Part shown: piece by piece, positions 33,783 to 43,580 of the stretch
Layout of the letters: each line of letters starts with the position of its first letter
Numbering within the stretch: position 1 is the stretch's first letter
Assembly (NCBI GenBank): GCA_030167865.1
Contig: JALAGF010005826.1
Coordinates: 1-49,094, forward strand
Direction: 5' to 3'
DNA from: Craspedostauros australis
Lineage: Eukaryota
Length of the DNA stretch: 49,094 bases
Made by a program: the position numbers and the translations under genes
Notes under the pieces: model-generated
What the model saw: only the letters and a program-made list of their open reading frames with translations
Told to the model about the DNA's origin: nothing
Databases searched by the model: none

Positions 33783-34546
33783 CTACTGTTCATCTTCTGT
33801 TATGTAGGTCGGTGGGACCATCGGGAAGTAGTACTTGGTTCCCACCATCGGAGGGAGACCCTTGTGAGCGCGCATTTCATTGATGTCTGCCAACAGCTCA
33901 GTCTCTGTCTGCACCCACTTGTTGGCACCCCACGCACCACCGACGGCACACAGGACGTGCATCCATGGTTCTGCGGAGCACGAGCAGACGAGTTGATGGG
34001 TATTTGCATGTTTAGTTTGATATTGCAATGTTGTTGTGGTTGCCATCAAGAATTTCATGAAGTATGAGAGCAAACCAAGATTGGAGGGGCAAACGAGGCA
34101 CCATGACGAACACGTGTGCGTGTGGCAGAGTATTGGTGGAGTGGAGTAGTCAATTTGCAATTTTTGTTAGCTTGGAGTGTTGGTGCTGGTGGAGGAATGG
34201 AATTGATCAGGCACACAACACAGCTTGACAAGCAGCAGCAGCAGCAGCAGCAGCAGCACCAACGAAGAGAAACTTCGTTGACACGCTGGTACCGTCGTTT
34301 CATCTCGACGTCCATAGTGGCACAATCCAGAACTCGCGCACTCTGTGTCTGGCCAGTCTCCATTCCCGCAAGCAGGGTGCGTGATGACCACGATCCACCA
34401 TGGTCTTGACAAGCAACCGAAATCAATGCAGTATCAACACATGATCGCTACGTACGTCTGGACAGCGGGATCTTCTGAACCGCGTTGCTCGTCATTTGGG
34501 CAACGAATCCCACGGATCCACCCACGAGTGTCGCTGTGAAGCCCAT
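33783..34546 (-). CDS. NDUFC2: Mitochondrial complex I accessory subunit B14.5b/NDUFC2 (plant/protist type), 2 exons (92 aa)
   Basis: Exon 1 is 34546..34456 (MGFTATLVGGSVGFVAQMTSNAVQKIPLSR; donor C|GTACGT). Intron 34455..33971 (485 nt; CCGCAG). Exon 2 is 33970..33783 (QPWMHVLCAVGGAWGANKWVQTETELLADIN...). Matches the B14.5b pattern G...G...Q..SNA..K.P..R.PW.HV....G....N. Confidence 0.8.
34231..34259. repeat. (CAG)~9 microsatellite in the NDUFC2 intron
   Basis: agcagcagcagcagcagcagcagcagcac read directly. Confidence 0.9.
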
Positions 34547-35214
34547 CTTTCCGTTTGCTTCCTTGCTTGTTTGTTCGCTTCCTTCCTTGCTCGGCTAATA
34601 GGTTGGTTGACGGACGTGTGCACCTGATGCGTCTCTTCGTCGATGATGTTGATGTTCGTTGGTGATGTTGGTGTTGATGGTGATGTTGGTGTTGATGCAG
34701 TTGCTCTTCTCGTTTGCAAACCGCGCCGTTGCTGTTGCTCTCCTGCGCCACACAGATCTCCATGGTCATGTCTTCTTCGTCCAATTCATGATTCGATGGA
34801 CTCAAACTGTGGGTGATGAAATGAAGTCAAATGAGTCGGTAGTTCCGTTGAAAACGTTGGCATCAAGTTTCGTGGTTGTTTCGACAAGGATTTGAAATTG
34901 GAATCCGCCAACAAAAATGGCGACAGTTTCGTTTGTGTGAGCAACTGTCCTGATCGTTCACGACCCTGAGGCGCACTGCGTTGTTCTACACTGCGACAAC
35001 GTCTCATCAGAAGCGGGCAACTGAAGTCTGTGTTTTGGAGAACTGCGAGTAAAGCACATCCAGCGAGGAGACGCATGACAAAGCACAGTGGAGCCGAGGA
35101 GAAGAGCTGACGAGCCGAAGAAGATAATAGGACGACCGTACGGTCAGCTCTGGGAATACGAGGGCTCTGCCAGCGACCATCATCAGCATCATCATCAGCA
35201 TCAGCATCAGCATC

Positions 35215-38200
35215 ATGCCGACGTTGGTAGAATTGCTTGGGTATGACTCAGGGAGCGATGGTTCTTCGCAAGAAGGCACGCAGGTGGTTCCTGCCACACC
35301 GGATCACTCCATTATGGAGATGAAGCGGCCCAAGAGACAGAGCAGAAGAACCAACCTTGATGGGAGCTTCAGTCGGAGTAGGGCAATGAACGACATCACG
35401 AACACTCGCACTCGTCCAAGCAACAGCCGGCAAAGTGAAAAGAGTGAGAAGCGTCATCATGGTCACGATCGCAGTCAACACACCAACGATGAGAGTCGCA
35501 AGAACAGGGAAAGTTGCAGTCGCAGTCGCAGTCGCATTCATCAACATGAACATCAGCATCGGTACACACACAATCGCCACGAACGCCAGAAGCAGCAACA
35601 GCGGCGGAGAGAGGAAGAGGAGGAGGAGGAACAACAACGGCGGTCGCAACAGCAGGCGCGGCGGAGGAAGCCTGATCTGGAGAGCCAAGAGACCGTGAAG
35701 GTGAACAACTCCATCGTTCACTATCTGAAGTCGAAGACTCGCAAAGGTTTGGTTCCACGGCAGTCCAATCTGGCCCACGCCCCCAGTCCCTCCCATCACC
35801 CATCCTCACGTCGCGCCTCCGAGAGTCGCCATCACAGCCGTTCCTCTCTTGACGATGAATCCGACCACTCCATTTCCTTGGATGGGTCCGTCACGAGACT
35901 CTGCATCTCCACAAGCAAACCAGCCGACATTGATGTCTCCAGCATCCACCTCTTCGATGGTGAACAATCAATCCACGCCAGCTTGATTGCCGGTCAACAC
36001 ACCGAAGGCGCTTGCGCCAAAGCGGACGCCGGAAGCAGCATCATCATGTTCGATGATGAATCGACCGTCGTCTCCAAGTCCCATGACAACTCCTTGATCC
36101 AATATTTTCGCAAAACACAATCTGCATCCAATGCAGCAGCGTTAGCAACGTCGACTACAACGTCAGCACCGGATCAGACTCCGCAGGGACCCATGGCTCT
36201 TGTGTCGTCGCCACAGCCAGCACCGAGATCGTCGCCAGAAATAGAGTCGCTGTCAAGCCACCAATCGCCACCCCTTCTATCCCCCATGAAGGAGGTTTCG
36301 TTCACGTGCACTGCGTGCGGAGCAGCCAACACACAAGCCTCGATGGCAAATATGTCAAGGTATACAGGTAGTCGGACGAACACAGCTGCACAAAGGCGCC
36401 GTTTCGACGCAAGATCCTCCAATGGATGCGACCATCATTGTGACCACAGCGCAAACATCAGTGTGCGAAACATCGATCAACGAAGCGTATCGAGACGTTC
36501 GCATGCCAACACTCAACACACCGAGCCCTCTTCTCGTCAGTCATCCATGCGGTCGCAGAGGGAGCCGTCCCATCAGATGCTGCGTCAAACGCAGCAGACA
36601 TCCAGGGGGCAGGCAACGCAACAAACCAGCCCGCTGCGTTCATTCGCACATTCCCGTACCAAATCACGACTTTCCCATCGAGAAATGGAGCAAGGTTTGG
36701 GACGCTCTCGGGCAACATCCCGCTCGTCTGGCAGGCAACAGAGGCAGCCTTTGCAACAAAAGCAAGTGAGTTTTGACGTTTCGAATCTGGAATGTGATGA
36801 CTTGAAGCTATCCAGTGTTTCGCGATTGTGTTCGCAAAGGAGCGCATGGTCCAGAAATGCATCCAAATCTATCTCGGCATCTGCAGCATGGTCATCGCCA
36901 ATGGTCGATTCCCATGCAACGGAGCAAAGACAATCCCAACTCGAAGCTCGTCGGCTCGATTTGTCCAATTTCGCGGACGACCGCACGGCAGAGAAGCAGT
37001 CCCACTCCGTCGCAAACCCCCGGAACGGCAGTAGCTACACTCGCGATAGCTTGCGGGGGACGTCCAGCTCATGCCCAGGCCACAACATGATGTCGGGGAG
37101 CACAAACACCTCCAAGCCTAAATCGATGTCGTCTTTGCATGATCTCATCAGTGACATGAGCTCATCTGGATCGGGCAATGACGACGACGATGACGATTCA
37201 ACTGTCATTTCTATGACCAAGATCAACTCTCAGCCCAAATCGAAGATTGACGGCAGCAACACCAGGAACAGCTACAGCATGAATGCAAGCGATGGAGCAT
37301 CTGGGCTTGCAGACAAGTCGATGAAGGCCCTTGGAGCTGAGAAGAGTTTGACGAGAGGCCTCCCAGCATCGCCGCCACCACAGAGCCAACGACAAATTGA
37401 ATCGCAAGGATTGTCCCCTGCCGCGGATAGCCAGGTGTACCAACTGACTCAATTCTCACCCGATTCATCAGGGTCGCCAGCATCGTTAGCGTCATCGGCT
37501 TCTTCCGTTGAGGTTCCTCGCGGCAACCTCCCGTCCTTCTATTCATCGCCAGCCCTCATTCGTGCACCAACAACGATCACGGGCAAGACGACGATGACGG
37601 CAATGACAACAACGACGCCGTGCCAAAAGTCGACCCGGCACAAACGACTTGCCCCAATGAGCGGCAAACGCGGGATGGATCAAACACGAGTGCGGTACAA
37701 CTCTGACTTCGAGGAGGGAGAGGATGATGACGATGCGTCTTTGATGGCAGCGGCCCGCTTCGATGCCGTTATCCCCAATCCGATTGTCCCCACAACTCAC
37801 AATGTTGTCGATACTATTCATCCCAACAGAGGCAGCACCCGCAACAACGACAATTTCTTTCGTGACAACTTTGGCACGGACAGCGACAGTGATGACGATA
37901 GCGATGACGATGACGATGTGGCTGGGATTGGGGTGGAGATGGGCAACAACGCGCAAGGCAACAAGCCTGCGCAAAGGACAGCCAACGGAATTCAGGATGA
38001 CGACAGCAACAGCAGCAATAGTAGTAGGAGCAGTTTGCCGGAACTGAGAGATGAACTTTCGGACATGGAAGAATCGATCAAGATGGACGAAGATAGTGTC
38101 AGTGACGATCGAAACATCTTGAAAAGCATGGTCGTGCACGAAACGCCGCAAGCCCGGCTGTTCGCGGCAACTCAATCGCCGATCGTCCACCGTTTTACCT

Positions 38201-40266
38201 ACGACTCCTCTGACAATGACGATAGCGATGATGAAGGCGAAAGCGAAGACGAAGAGCAAGTCAGTAGTGGCAATGGCAGCAACTGCATCATCGCCAACGA
38301 AGGCAACACTGACGAACATGATAAAAAGCATCATCCCGCAAGGGTGAATGCTTCCAGTACACAGAGTGCAAACACAGACCCATCCCAATCAAGAAGCAGG
38401 ATCGCAGTCGCAGACACTCCAATGAAGTGCCCACCTCGTGCATTGCCTAAAGCTCCTCACCCGAATCCGGTTCTTCCTCCTCAGCAGGAAGAGGAGCTCC
38501 GCAGTGCAATGAAGGAGTTGGCGGTGAACTCCATCGCAGAGCACTCGCGCCAAAGCCGTAGCGCCAATCAACATGCTGGTGACCCGACGAGGAGCAAGAT
38601 GGACACCGGCACGGAGCAAAGTGTCGCACTCGATCTCAACACGACATTTGCCAACGAGGATGTGGAAGAGAAAGCCGAAGCATCAATTCAGGATGCCATC
38701 GATGACATCGAAGAGGATGAAACTGATCACTCTTTCACCGGCATCAATGATGATGCTGATGATATTGACGATATTGACGACATTGACGATGGTGTTCATG
38801 TTGAAGACGGTGTTGACAGTGTTGAAGATATTGGCGATGGAGAGGTTGATGACCCTGATGATACCTCTAACGCCCTTCCACGCTCCATCAAAAAGAGCTT
38901 CCGGCGAATGAGCCTCGACGATTCCATCTCGTCTCTCGAAGATTCGATGGTATTCGACATCCCATCCAATTCCATCAGCAAAAACGGAAGTGGGCCTCAC
39001 GAGCGCAACACGAAATCAGGACAGCACAAGTCGTCAGGGCGACCCCACATTGATGTCGTGCTGAAGGACCAGACAGTGTTCCATTTCAACAAGCTCAACC
39101 TGAAGCGGTCGAAGCACGTGGTGCCGGCCTCGCGCGACAACCAGCGCAATCGACAGCATCGCACGAAGTCCGAGCTTGTCGACTTTCCGGGCCTTTTGGA
39201 CAAATACCAGCCAAGGACGAAGAGCAAATTGAAATCCATCCTGGCCTGGGTCGAGAAGCTCAAATCGAAAGGCAATGATTCCAACGGCGTGTCCTCGGGC
39301 GCAATCCTGTCGTTGCCGCCGAAGGAACTGATAGATCTGTCAGTTCAGATGTGCGCAGACGTGTGCCATGATGCGGATGGGTCGTACGACCTCGAGAATC
39401 CCCATGCACTGCACGGCCAAGTCCTTGTCGTCGCAAGGTCCAAGATGGAGCTCAACGAGTGGGAGAGCAAGTTCCGCGACAGCAGCGGAGCCTCCGTCAT
39501 CAATTTCGCGACGCTTTCAGGTGTGGAGCGCAAGAGTCTGTCAGCAGCGAAGAAGTGCTCGCTTTACGATGTCATCCTGACGACGTACGATGCAATCAAA
39601 TCGCCTGATGCTGCCGTCCCGTTGAATGCGCATGGTCGGGCCATCACCAAGAAGCTGAGCCAAGATGATGGATGGTACGCCACGCGCGCTACGACGCAGG
39701 ATGGCGGCAACGCTGGTGATGACGATACTCCACACTCAACGAAGATGCTCAGCATGCTCCACAAGATCAGATTCCGGTTGGTCATCTTCGTGGACGTTCT
39801 GGGGCGCAAATCGTATCTCGCCAAGGCAGATACGGCTCGTTCGCGCTCCGCGTTGGCGCTGGGTGCATCATCACGGTTTGCGCTCTTCCAGACGACAGCT
39901 GACAGCGCCGATTGCGACGGTGATTGTGGGGTGATGGGCCTCATGAAGAGCCATCGCCGAGCCACGGAATCGCTGGCGTCAGTGCTACACGTCACCGGAG
40001 GAACGGGCAATGGCGATTCCTTCGTGGATGATCATCTCTTTGAAGTATCATTGACCGAGAAGCAGAAGGAACGGCAACAGCGACAACATCGCCAGCAACG
40101 GCGTAAGGCAACAGGTTTGCGAAAGCCATCCAAGAACGCCAAGTCGTCCAGGATACCTCAGCTTGAACTCGTCCCGCTGGGTTCGACGAAGGCAGTCGCA
40201 GGCGCAGGGACGGCGCACCGGAAGAACCGCGACAAATCAAGCGCGCACAGCTTTCGTGCCTGGTGA
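35215..40266 (+). CDS. 1683-aa mostly disordered S/D/E-rich protein with a C-terminal degenerate SNF2 (Rad5/Rad16-like) N-lobe
   Basis: Uninterrupted 5-kb ORF starting at ATG. Region ~39229-39890 has ILAWV, GAIL, VLVVA....L.EW, YDVILTTYD, LHKIRFRLVIFVD and A..LGASSRFAL in SNF2 motif order, but no GxGKT or DEAH. Confidence 0.75.
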   Translation: MPTLVELLGYDSGSDGSSQEGTQVVPATPDHSIMEMKRPKRQSRRTNLDGSFSRSRAMNDITNTRTRPSNSRQSEKSEKRHHGHDRSQHTNDESRKNRESCSRSRSRIHQHEHQHRYTHNRHERQKQQQRRREEEEEEEQQRRSQQQARRRKPDLESQETVKVNNSIVHYLKSKTRKGLVPRQSNLAHAPSPSHHPSSRRASESRHHSRSSLDDESDHSISLDGSVTRLCISTSKPADIDVSSIHLFDGEQSIHASLIAGQHTEGACAKADAGSSIIMFDDESTVVSKSHDNSLIQYFRKTQSASNAAALATSTTTSAPDQTPQGPMALVSSPQPAPRSSPEIESLSSHQSPPLLSPMKEVSFTCTACGAANTQASMANMSRYTGSRTNTAAQRRRFDARSSNGCDHHCDHSANISVRNIDQRSVSRRSHANTQHTEPSSRQSSMRSQREPSHQMLRQTQQTSRGQATQQTSPLRSFAHSRTKSRLSHREMEQGLGRSRATSRSSGRQQRQPLQQKQVSFDVSNLECDDLKLSSVSRLCSQRSAWSRNASKSISASAAWSSPMVDSHATEQRQSQLEARRLDLSNFADDRTAEKQSHSVANPRNGSSYTRDSLRGTSSSCPGHNMMSGSTNTSKPKSMSSLHDLISDMSSSGSGNDDDDDDSTVISMTKINSQPKSKIDGSNTRNSYSMNASDGASGLADKSMKALGAEKSLTRGLPASPPPQSQRQIESQGLSPAADSQVYQLTQFSPDSSGSPASLASSASSVEVPRGNLPSFYSSPALIRAPTTITGKTTMTAMTTTTPCQKSTRHKRLAPMSGKRGMDQTRVRYNSDFEEGEDDDDASLMAAARFDAVIPNPIVPTTHNVVDTIHPNRGSTRNNDNFFRDNFGTDSDSDDDSDDDDDVAGIGVEMGNNAQGNKPAQRTANGIQDDDSNSSNSSRSSLPELRDELSDMEESIKMDEDSVSDDRNILKSMVVHETPQARLFAATQSPIVHRFTYDSSDNDDSDDEGESEDEEQVSSGNGSNCIIANEGNTDEHDKKHHPARVNASSTQSANTDPSQSRSRIAVADTPMKCPPRALPKAPHPNPVLPPQQEEELRSAMKELAVNSIAEHSRQSRSANQHAGDPTRSKMDTGTEQSVALDLNTTFANEDVEEKAEASIQDAIDDIEEDETDHSFTGINDDADDIDDIDDIDDGVHVEDGVDSVEDIGDGEVDDPDDTSNALPRSIKKSFRRMSLDDSISSLEDSMVFDIPSNSISKNGSGPHERNTKSGQHKSSGRPHIDVVLKDQTVFHFNKLNLKRSKHVVPASRDNQRNRQHRTKSELVDFPGLLDKYQPRTKSKLKSILAWVEKLKSKGNDSNGVSSGAILSLPPKELIDLSVQMCADVCHDADGSYDLENPHALHGQVLVVARSKMELNEWESKFRDSSGASVINFATLSGVERKSLSAAKKCSLYDVILTTYDAIKSPDAAVPLNAHGRAITKKLSQDDGWYATRATTQDGGNAGDDDTPHSTKMLSMLHKIRFRLVIFVDVLGRKSYLAKADTARSRSALALGASSRFALFQTTADSADCDGDCGVMGLMKSHRRATESLASVLHVTGGTGNGDSFVDDHLFEVSLTEKQKERQQRQHRQQRRKATGLRKPSKNAKSSRIPQLELVPLGSTKAVAGAGTAHRKNRDKSSAHSFRAW

Positions 40267-40619
40267 AGCCCGACAAGGAGTGTTCAGATTGGAAGTGTGG
40301 GCTGCAGCGTTTCCCACAGCACTATGAGTACAACTTGAAAAACCATCATTAGAAGCACTCAGACAAGACAGTTTCATTTCTAATGGATACTATACTCGCT
40401 ATTTATGTCAGCGTGGGTGTACGGTGATGCACCAAAGACTGATTCTATGTGTGTAGTCATGTGTGTGTCTCCGCATGTGTGTATCACTGTTGGTTTCAAA
40501 ATTGTCGTTATGAACTTGTCGGAAGTCTGGCCAAGTGGTGGGCCAAGTGGTGGGCCACAAGGTTGGCCGTTTCTGTTTCTTACGAGCTATGTCACGCGTG
40601 TGTGCGTTCTCGCTTCCTG

Positions 40620-40676
40620 ATCGCGTTGCTGCTCATCGCGTTGCTGCTCATCGCGTTGCTGCTCATCGTGTTGCTG
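40620..40676. repeat. 15-bp tandem repeat (ATCGCGTTGCTGCTC, ~3.8 copies) directly after the TPR gene stop
   Basis: Read directly. A separate 12-bp duplication GGCCAAGTGGTG x2 lies at ~40529-40557. Confidence 0.85.
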
Positions 40677-40677
40677 T

Positions 40678-43491
40678 TTACGCAGCGGCCGATGCAAGCG
40701 GACAGGTGTTCTCGAATGCATACAGTTTGTCAGGAACCGCGATGGACTCGGCGATGGATTGGCCTGCCTTCTCGAAGAGCCGAGCGGAATCGCTGAATGC
40801 CTCCATCATCTTGCCGACTTCGCCGCGGGACATGTGGATGTTGCCAATCTCGTTCAATGTACGTGCCATCACGGCGGGGTCGTCACGGCCGATGGTGCTG
40901 CGCTCGATCTCCAGCGCCGCCTCGAAGTACTGCAAAGCTTCCGACAGATCCTCCTTGAGTTGGTAGACCTCACCGAGCTTGTACATTGTCATGGACACGT
41001 CCTTGTGATTCTCGCCGAGAACCGCCTTCTCGATGCGGAGGGTCTCGCGGTAGCAGTTGATGGCATCATCGTAACGTCCCTGCAGCTGGAAGCACAGGGC
41101 GAGGTTGTAGAGCGTGAAGCTGACGTCGCGGTGCTTGTCGCCCAGCTGGAGGCGTCGGATGCGGAGCGATTCGGTGAAGAGCTGCTGGGCCAGGTTGATG
41201 TTGCTCTTCTGGTAGAAGATGGTGCCCAGGTACACCAAGGTTGATGCCACCGTGAGATGATCCTCGCCGAAGACGCTGCGTCTCATGATCAGCGCGGCCT
41301 GGAGAAATTTAAGCGCCAGATTCGGCTCGTTCATCTGGTCGTAGATGAGCCCGACGATGACGAGGGTCTCGGCGACTTCTGCGCTGGTCTTGCCGTACTT
41401 TTGCTGCTGCAGCTTGAAGACTTGCGTGTAGAGCTGGATGGAGTGCATGTACTGCTTGCGCTGGCGGTGGATCTCCGCGATGTTGGACATGGTCACCAGC
41501 ACGTTTGGGTGTGTCGCATCCAGCACGCGCCTTTCAATGTCGAGGCCTTCCTTGTATGCCGCGAGGGCCTCGTCGAACTTGCGGCGTCCGAAGTGGAAGT
41601 TTCCGATGCGGTTGTAGAGCATGGCGATTTCTGAGTGGAACTTTCCGAGCGCCGCAATGCCTACCCTGAGACTGTCGTTGTACAGCTCCAGCGCTTTCTC
41701 GTGCTGCTTCTGCTCCTGGTAGATCTGGGCGATGCCGCTCAAGACCACTGCGATGTCGCGGTGGTTCTGCGATGGGAAGGTCTCCCTGGCGATGCGCAGG
41801 AATTCGTGGTACAAGTAGAGAGCGCGGTGGAAGAATCCTTGCTGGTGGTAGCTCTGCGCCGTGTTGAAGGCCGTCGCTGCGTAATCGATGTGATCCGCGC
41901 CCAGCATCGTCTTGCGCGTTGTGAGCGCCTGCTCGTAGTACTTGAGTGCCTCCTCAAAGTCCTCGCGTTGCACGTACACACGTCCCAGGTTGTTCATGGT
42001 GGTCGCCTGCTGCAGGTGCAATCGGTTCTGCTGCAACGACAGGACGTCGGTGCTGTCATCGCCCGCCATGGCCTCCGTGGCGTGGGTCCATTGGGACGCG
42101 AGCTGGATGTGCTGCTCTTGCTTGCGCTGCTGCTTCAATGCGGCATGGAAGTACTGCAGCGTCTTTGCGGAATCCTCCGACGAGGAGTGGTAGTGCATGA
42201 CGCCGAGGCAGTTGAGGGTGAAGGCCTTGATGCCACGAAGCTCGATGCTTCTCTCGCGCTCAGCCTTGCTGGCCATGCGACTGGTGCTGGTGCTGCTGCT
42301 TTGGCATGCGAAGAGGGCGCGCTCGTAAAATGAGATGGCCTCCGCGACTTCGCTGCGTTGGTATGAGATTTGCCCCATCTGGTGGAGGATGGGGAGAAGG
42401 ATGTCGTTGAACCTGTCCTTGCTGATGGTGACGTTGCCTTCCAGTTGCTGCATGCACTCCAATGCGCGCTGGTGGTACGCCATAGCGTCCTGCGTGCTGT
42501 CGGAAGCGTCGCACTTGCGGCAGGCCTGTCCGGCATTGAAGTACAGCATGGCCTCCGTCAAAGTGGTGGTGACTTCGCTGCTGTCTGGCGCGGAGGTAAC
42601 CACCGCGCCGTCGACGTCGTAGATGTCCAGAATGGTATCCTTGAAGTACTGCTGGATCCCTTCGTCGAACTCCAGGCGTTGGTAGATGTAGTTGGAGGGT
42701 TGGATGTCGTCCGATGCGACGGCAAACGCGGGAGATGAGGACTCCAGCGAGGCGCTGCGCTCGCTCATCTCGGTGGCGTTATGGTCGGCTATGGTCGATT
42801 TGTGGCTGGTGCTGTTGCGGTGATGGCGGCGGATGGCCCGTCTGAAATACTCCAGCGCCTTTGGGAACTTGCCCTTGTCGAAGTTTGCTTGCGCCGCATC
42901 GTAAAGCTGTCCGATGGATCTCGTTCTGAGAGTGATGGAGAACGGAGACGCTGGAGAGGATGGCGTGGTCGTGCCGCTGGACACGAAGGCGCTGACGCTC
43001 TTGCCTTGCGACACAGGCGACGCGACAGAGGACAGGGATGCCGGCGGCGATGCGGCGATCTCCGATCTGCTGGACGCAGCCGATGCCAGCGATGAGCTGT
43101 GGTGCGAGGCGAGATAACGTCGCTTCGAAGGTGGGTGGCCGAGATGCTGGCAGCAAGGTGAGGCAAGAGAGCGCGATGTTGGCCGCGAAGATGCTGACTT
43201 GGATGTGGCAGCGGAAGATCCGGTATCTTTGTTCTCATCCGTGCTCGTGATCTTCAGGAAGGGGCGTCGCTTGCAGGAGGTTGCCATGGACAGGACCGCC
43301 GCTGCCACGGGCATTGCGCTCTCTGATTGCGGGGATTGAGCCTGCTGCCTCATGGATGCTGATGGGGACACCAGTTCTGCATCCACCATCATGACTTCTG
43401 ATTGCGCAGCGGTTCCGAACATGCTGTTGCTGCTATTGCCACTATTGCTGCTATTGCTGTTGCTGCTGCTATGGCTACCCTTGTTGTGCAT
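40678..43491 (-). CDS. Tetratricopeptide-repeat protein, kinesin-light-chain/nephrocystin-3-like 42-aa TPRs (937 aa)
   Basis: Serial units such as ATTMNNLGRVYVQREDFEEALKYYEQALTTRKTMLGADHIDYA and VSFTLYNLALCFQLQGRYDDAINCYRETLRIEKAVLGENHKDV. Ser-rich N-terminus; intronless. Confidence 0.92.
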   Translation of the reverse strand: MHNKGSHSSSNSNSSNSGNSSNSMFGTAAQSEVMMVDAELVSPSASMRQQAQSPQSESAMPVAAAVLSMATSCKRRPFLKITSTDENKDTGSSAATSKSASSRPTSRSLASPCCQHLGHPPSKRRYLASHHSSSLASAASSRSEIAASPPASLSSVASPVSQGKSVSAFVSSGTTTPSSPASPFSITLRTRSIGQLYDAAQANFDKGKFPKALEYFRRAIRRHHRNSTSHKSTIADHNATEMSERSASLESSSPAFAVASDDIQPSNYIYQRLEFDEGIQQYFKDTILDIYDVDGAVVTSAPDSSEVTTTLTEAMLYFNAGQACRKCDASDSTQDAMAYHQRALECMQQLEGNVTISKDRFNDILLPILHQMGQISYQRSEVAEAISFYERALFACQSSSTSTSRMASKAERERSIELRGIKAFTLNCLGVMHYHSSSEDSAKTLQYFHAALKQQRKQEQHIQLASQWTHATEAMAGDDSTDVLSLQQNRLHLQQATTMNNLGRVYVQREDFEEALKYYEQALTTRKTMLGADHIDYAATAFNTAQSYHQQGFFHRALYLYHEFLRIARETFPSQNHRDIAVVLSGIAQIYQEQKQHEKALELYNDSLRVGIAALGKFHSEIAMLYNRIGNFHFGRRKFDEALAAYKEGLDIERRVLDATHPNVLVTMSNIAEIHRQRKQYMHSIQLYTQVFKLQQQKYGKTSAEVAETLVIVGLIYDQMNEPNLALKFLQAALIMRRSVFGEDHLTVASTLVYLGTIFYQKSNINLAQQLFTESLRIRRLQLGDKHRDVSFTLYNLALCFQLQGRYDDAINCYRETLRIEKAVLGENHKDVSMTMYKLGEVYQLKEDLSEALQYFEAALEIERSTIGRDDPAVMARTLNEIGNIHMSRGEVGKMMEAFSDSARLFEKAGQSIAESIAVPDKLYAFENTCPLASAAA

Positions 43492-43514
43492 TGTTGTGGT
43501 TGACTCGTTGCTTA

Positions 43515-43580
43515 AATGTGTTCAATGTGTTCAATGTGTTCAATGTGTTCAATGTGGAAGTAGATGTGGAAGTAGATGTG
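43515..43580. repeat. Compound minisatellite (AATGTGTTC x4 + GAAGTAGATGTG x2) just upstream of the TPR gene ATG
   Basis: Read directly, 24-90 bp upstream of ATG 43491. Confidence 0.85.

Noticed and set aside
40759..42738. Long plus-strand ORFs opposite the TPR gene (and similar ones opposite URB2 and the kinase)
   Set aside because: Antisense shadows caused by GC-rich codon bias in the real genes.
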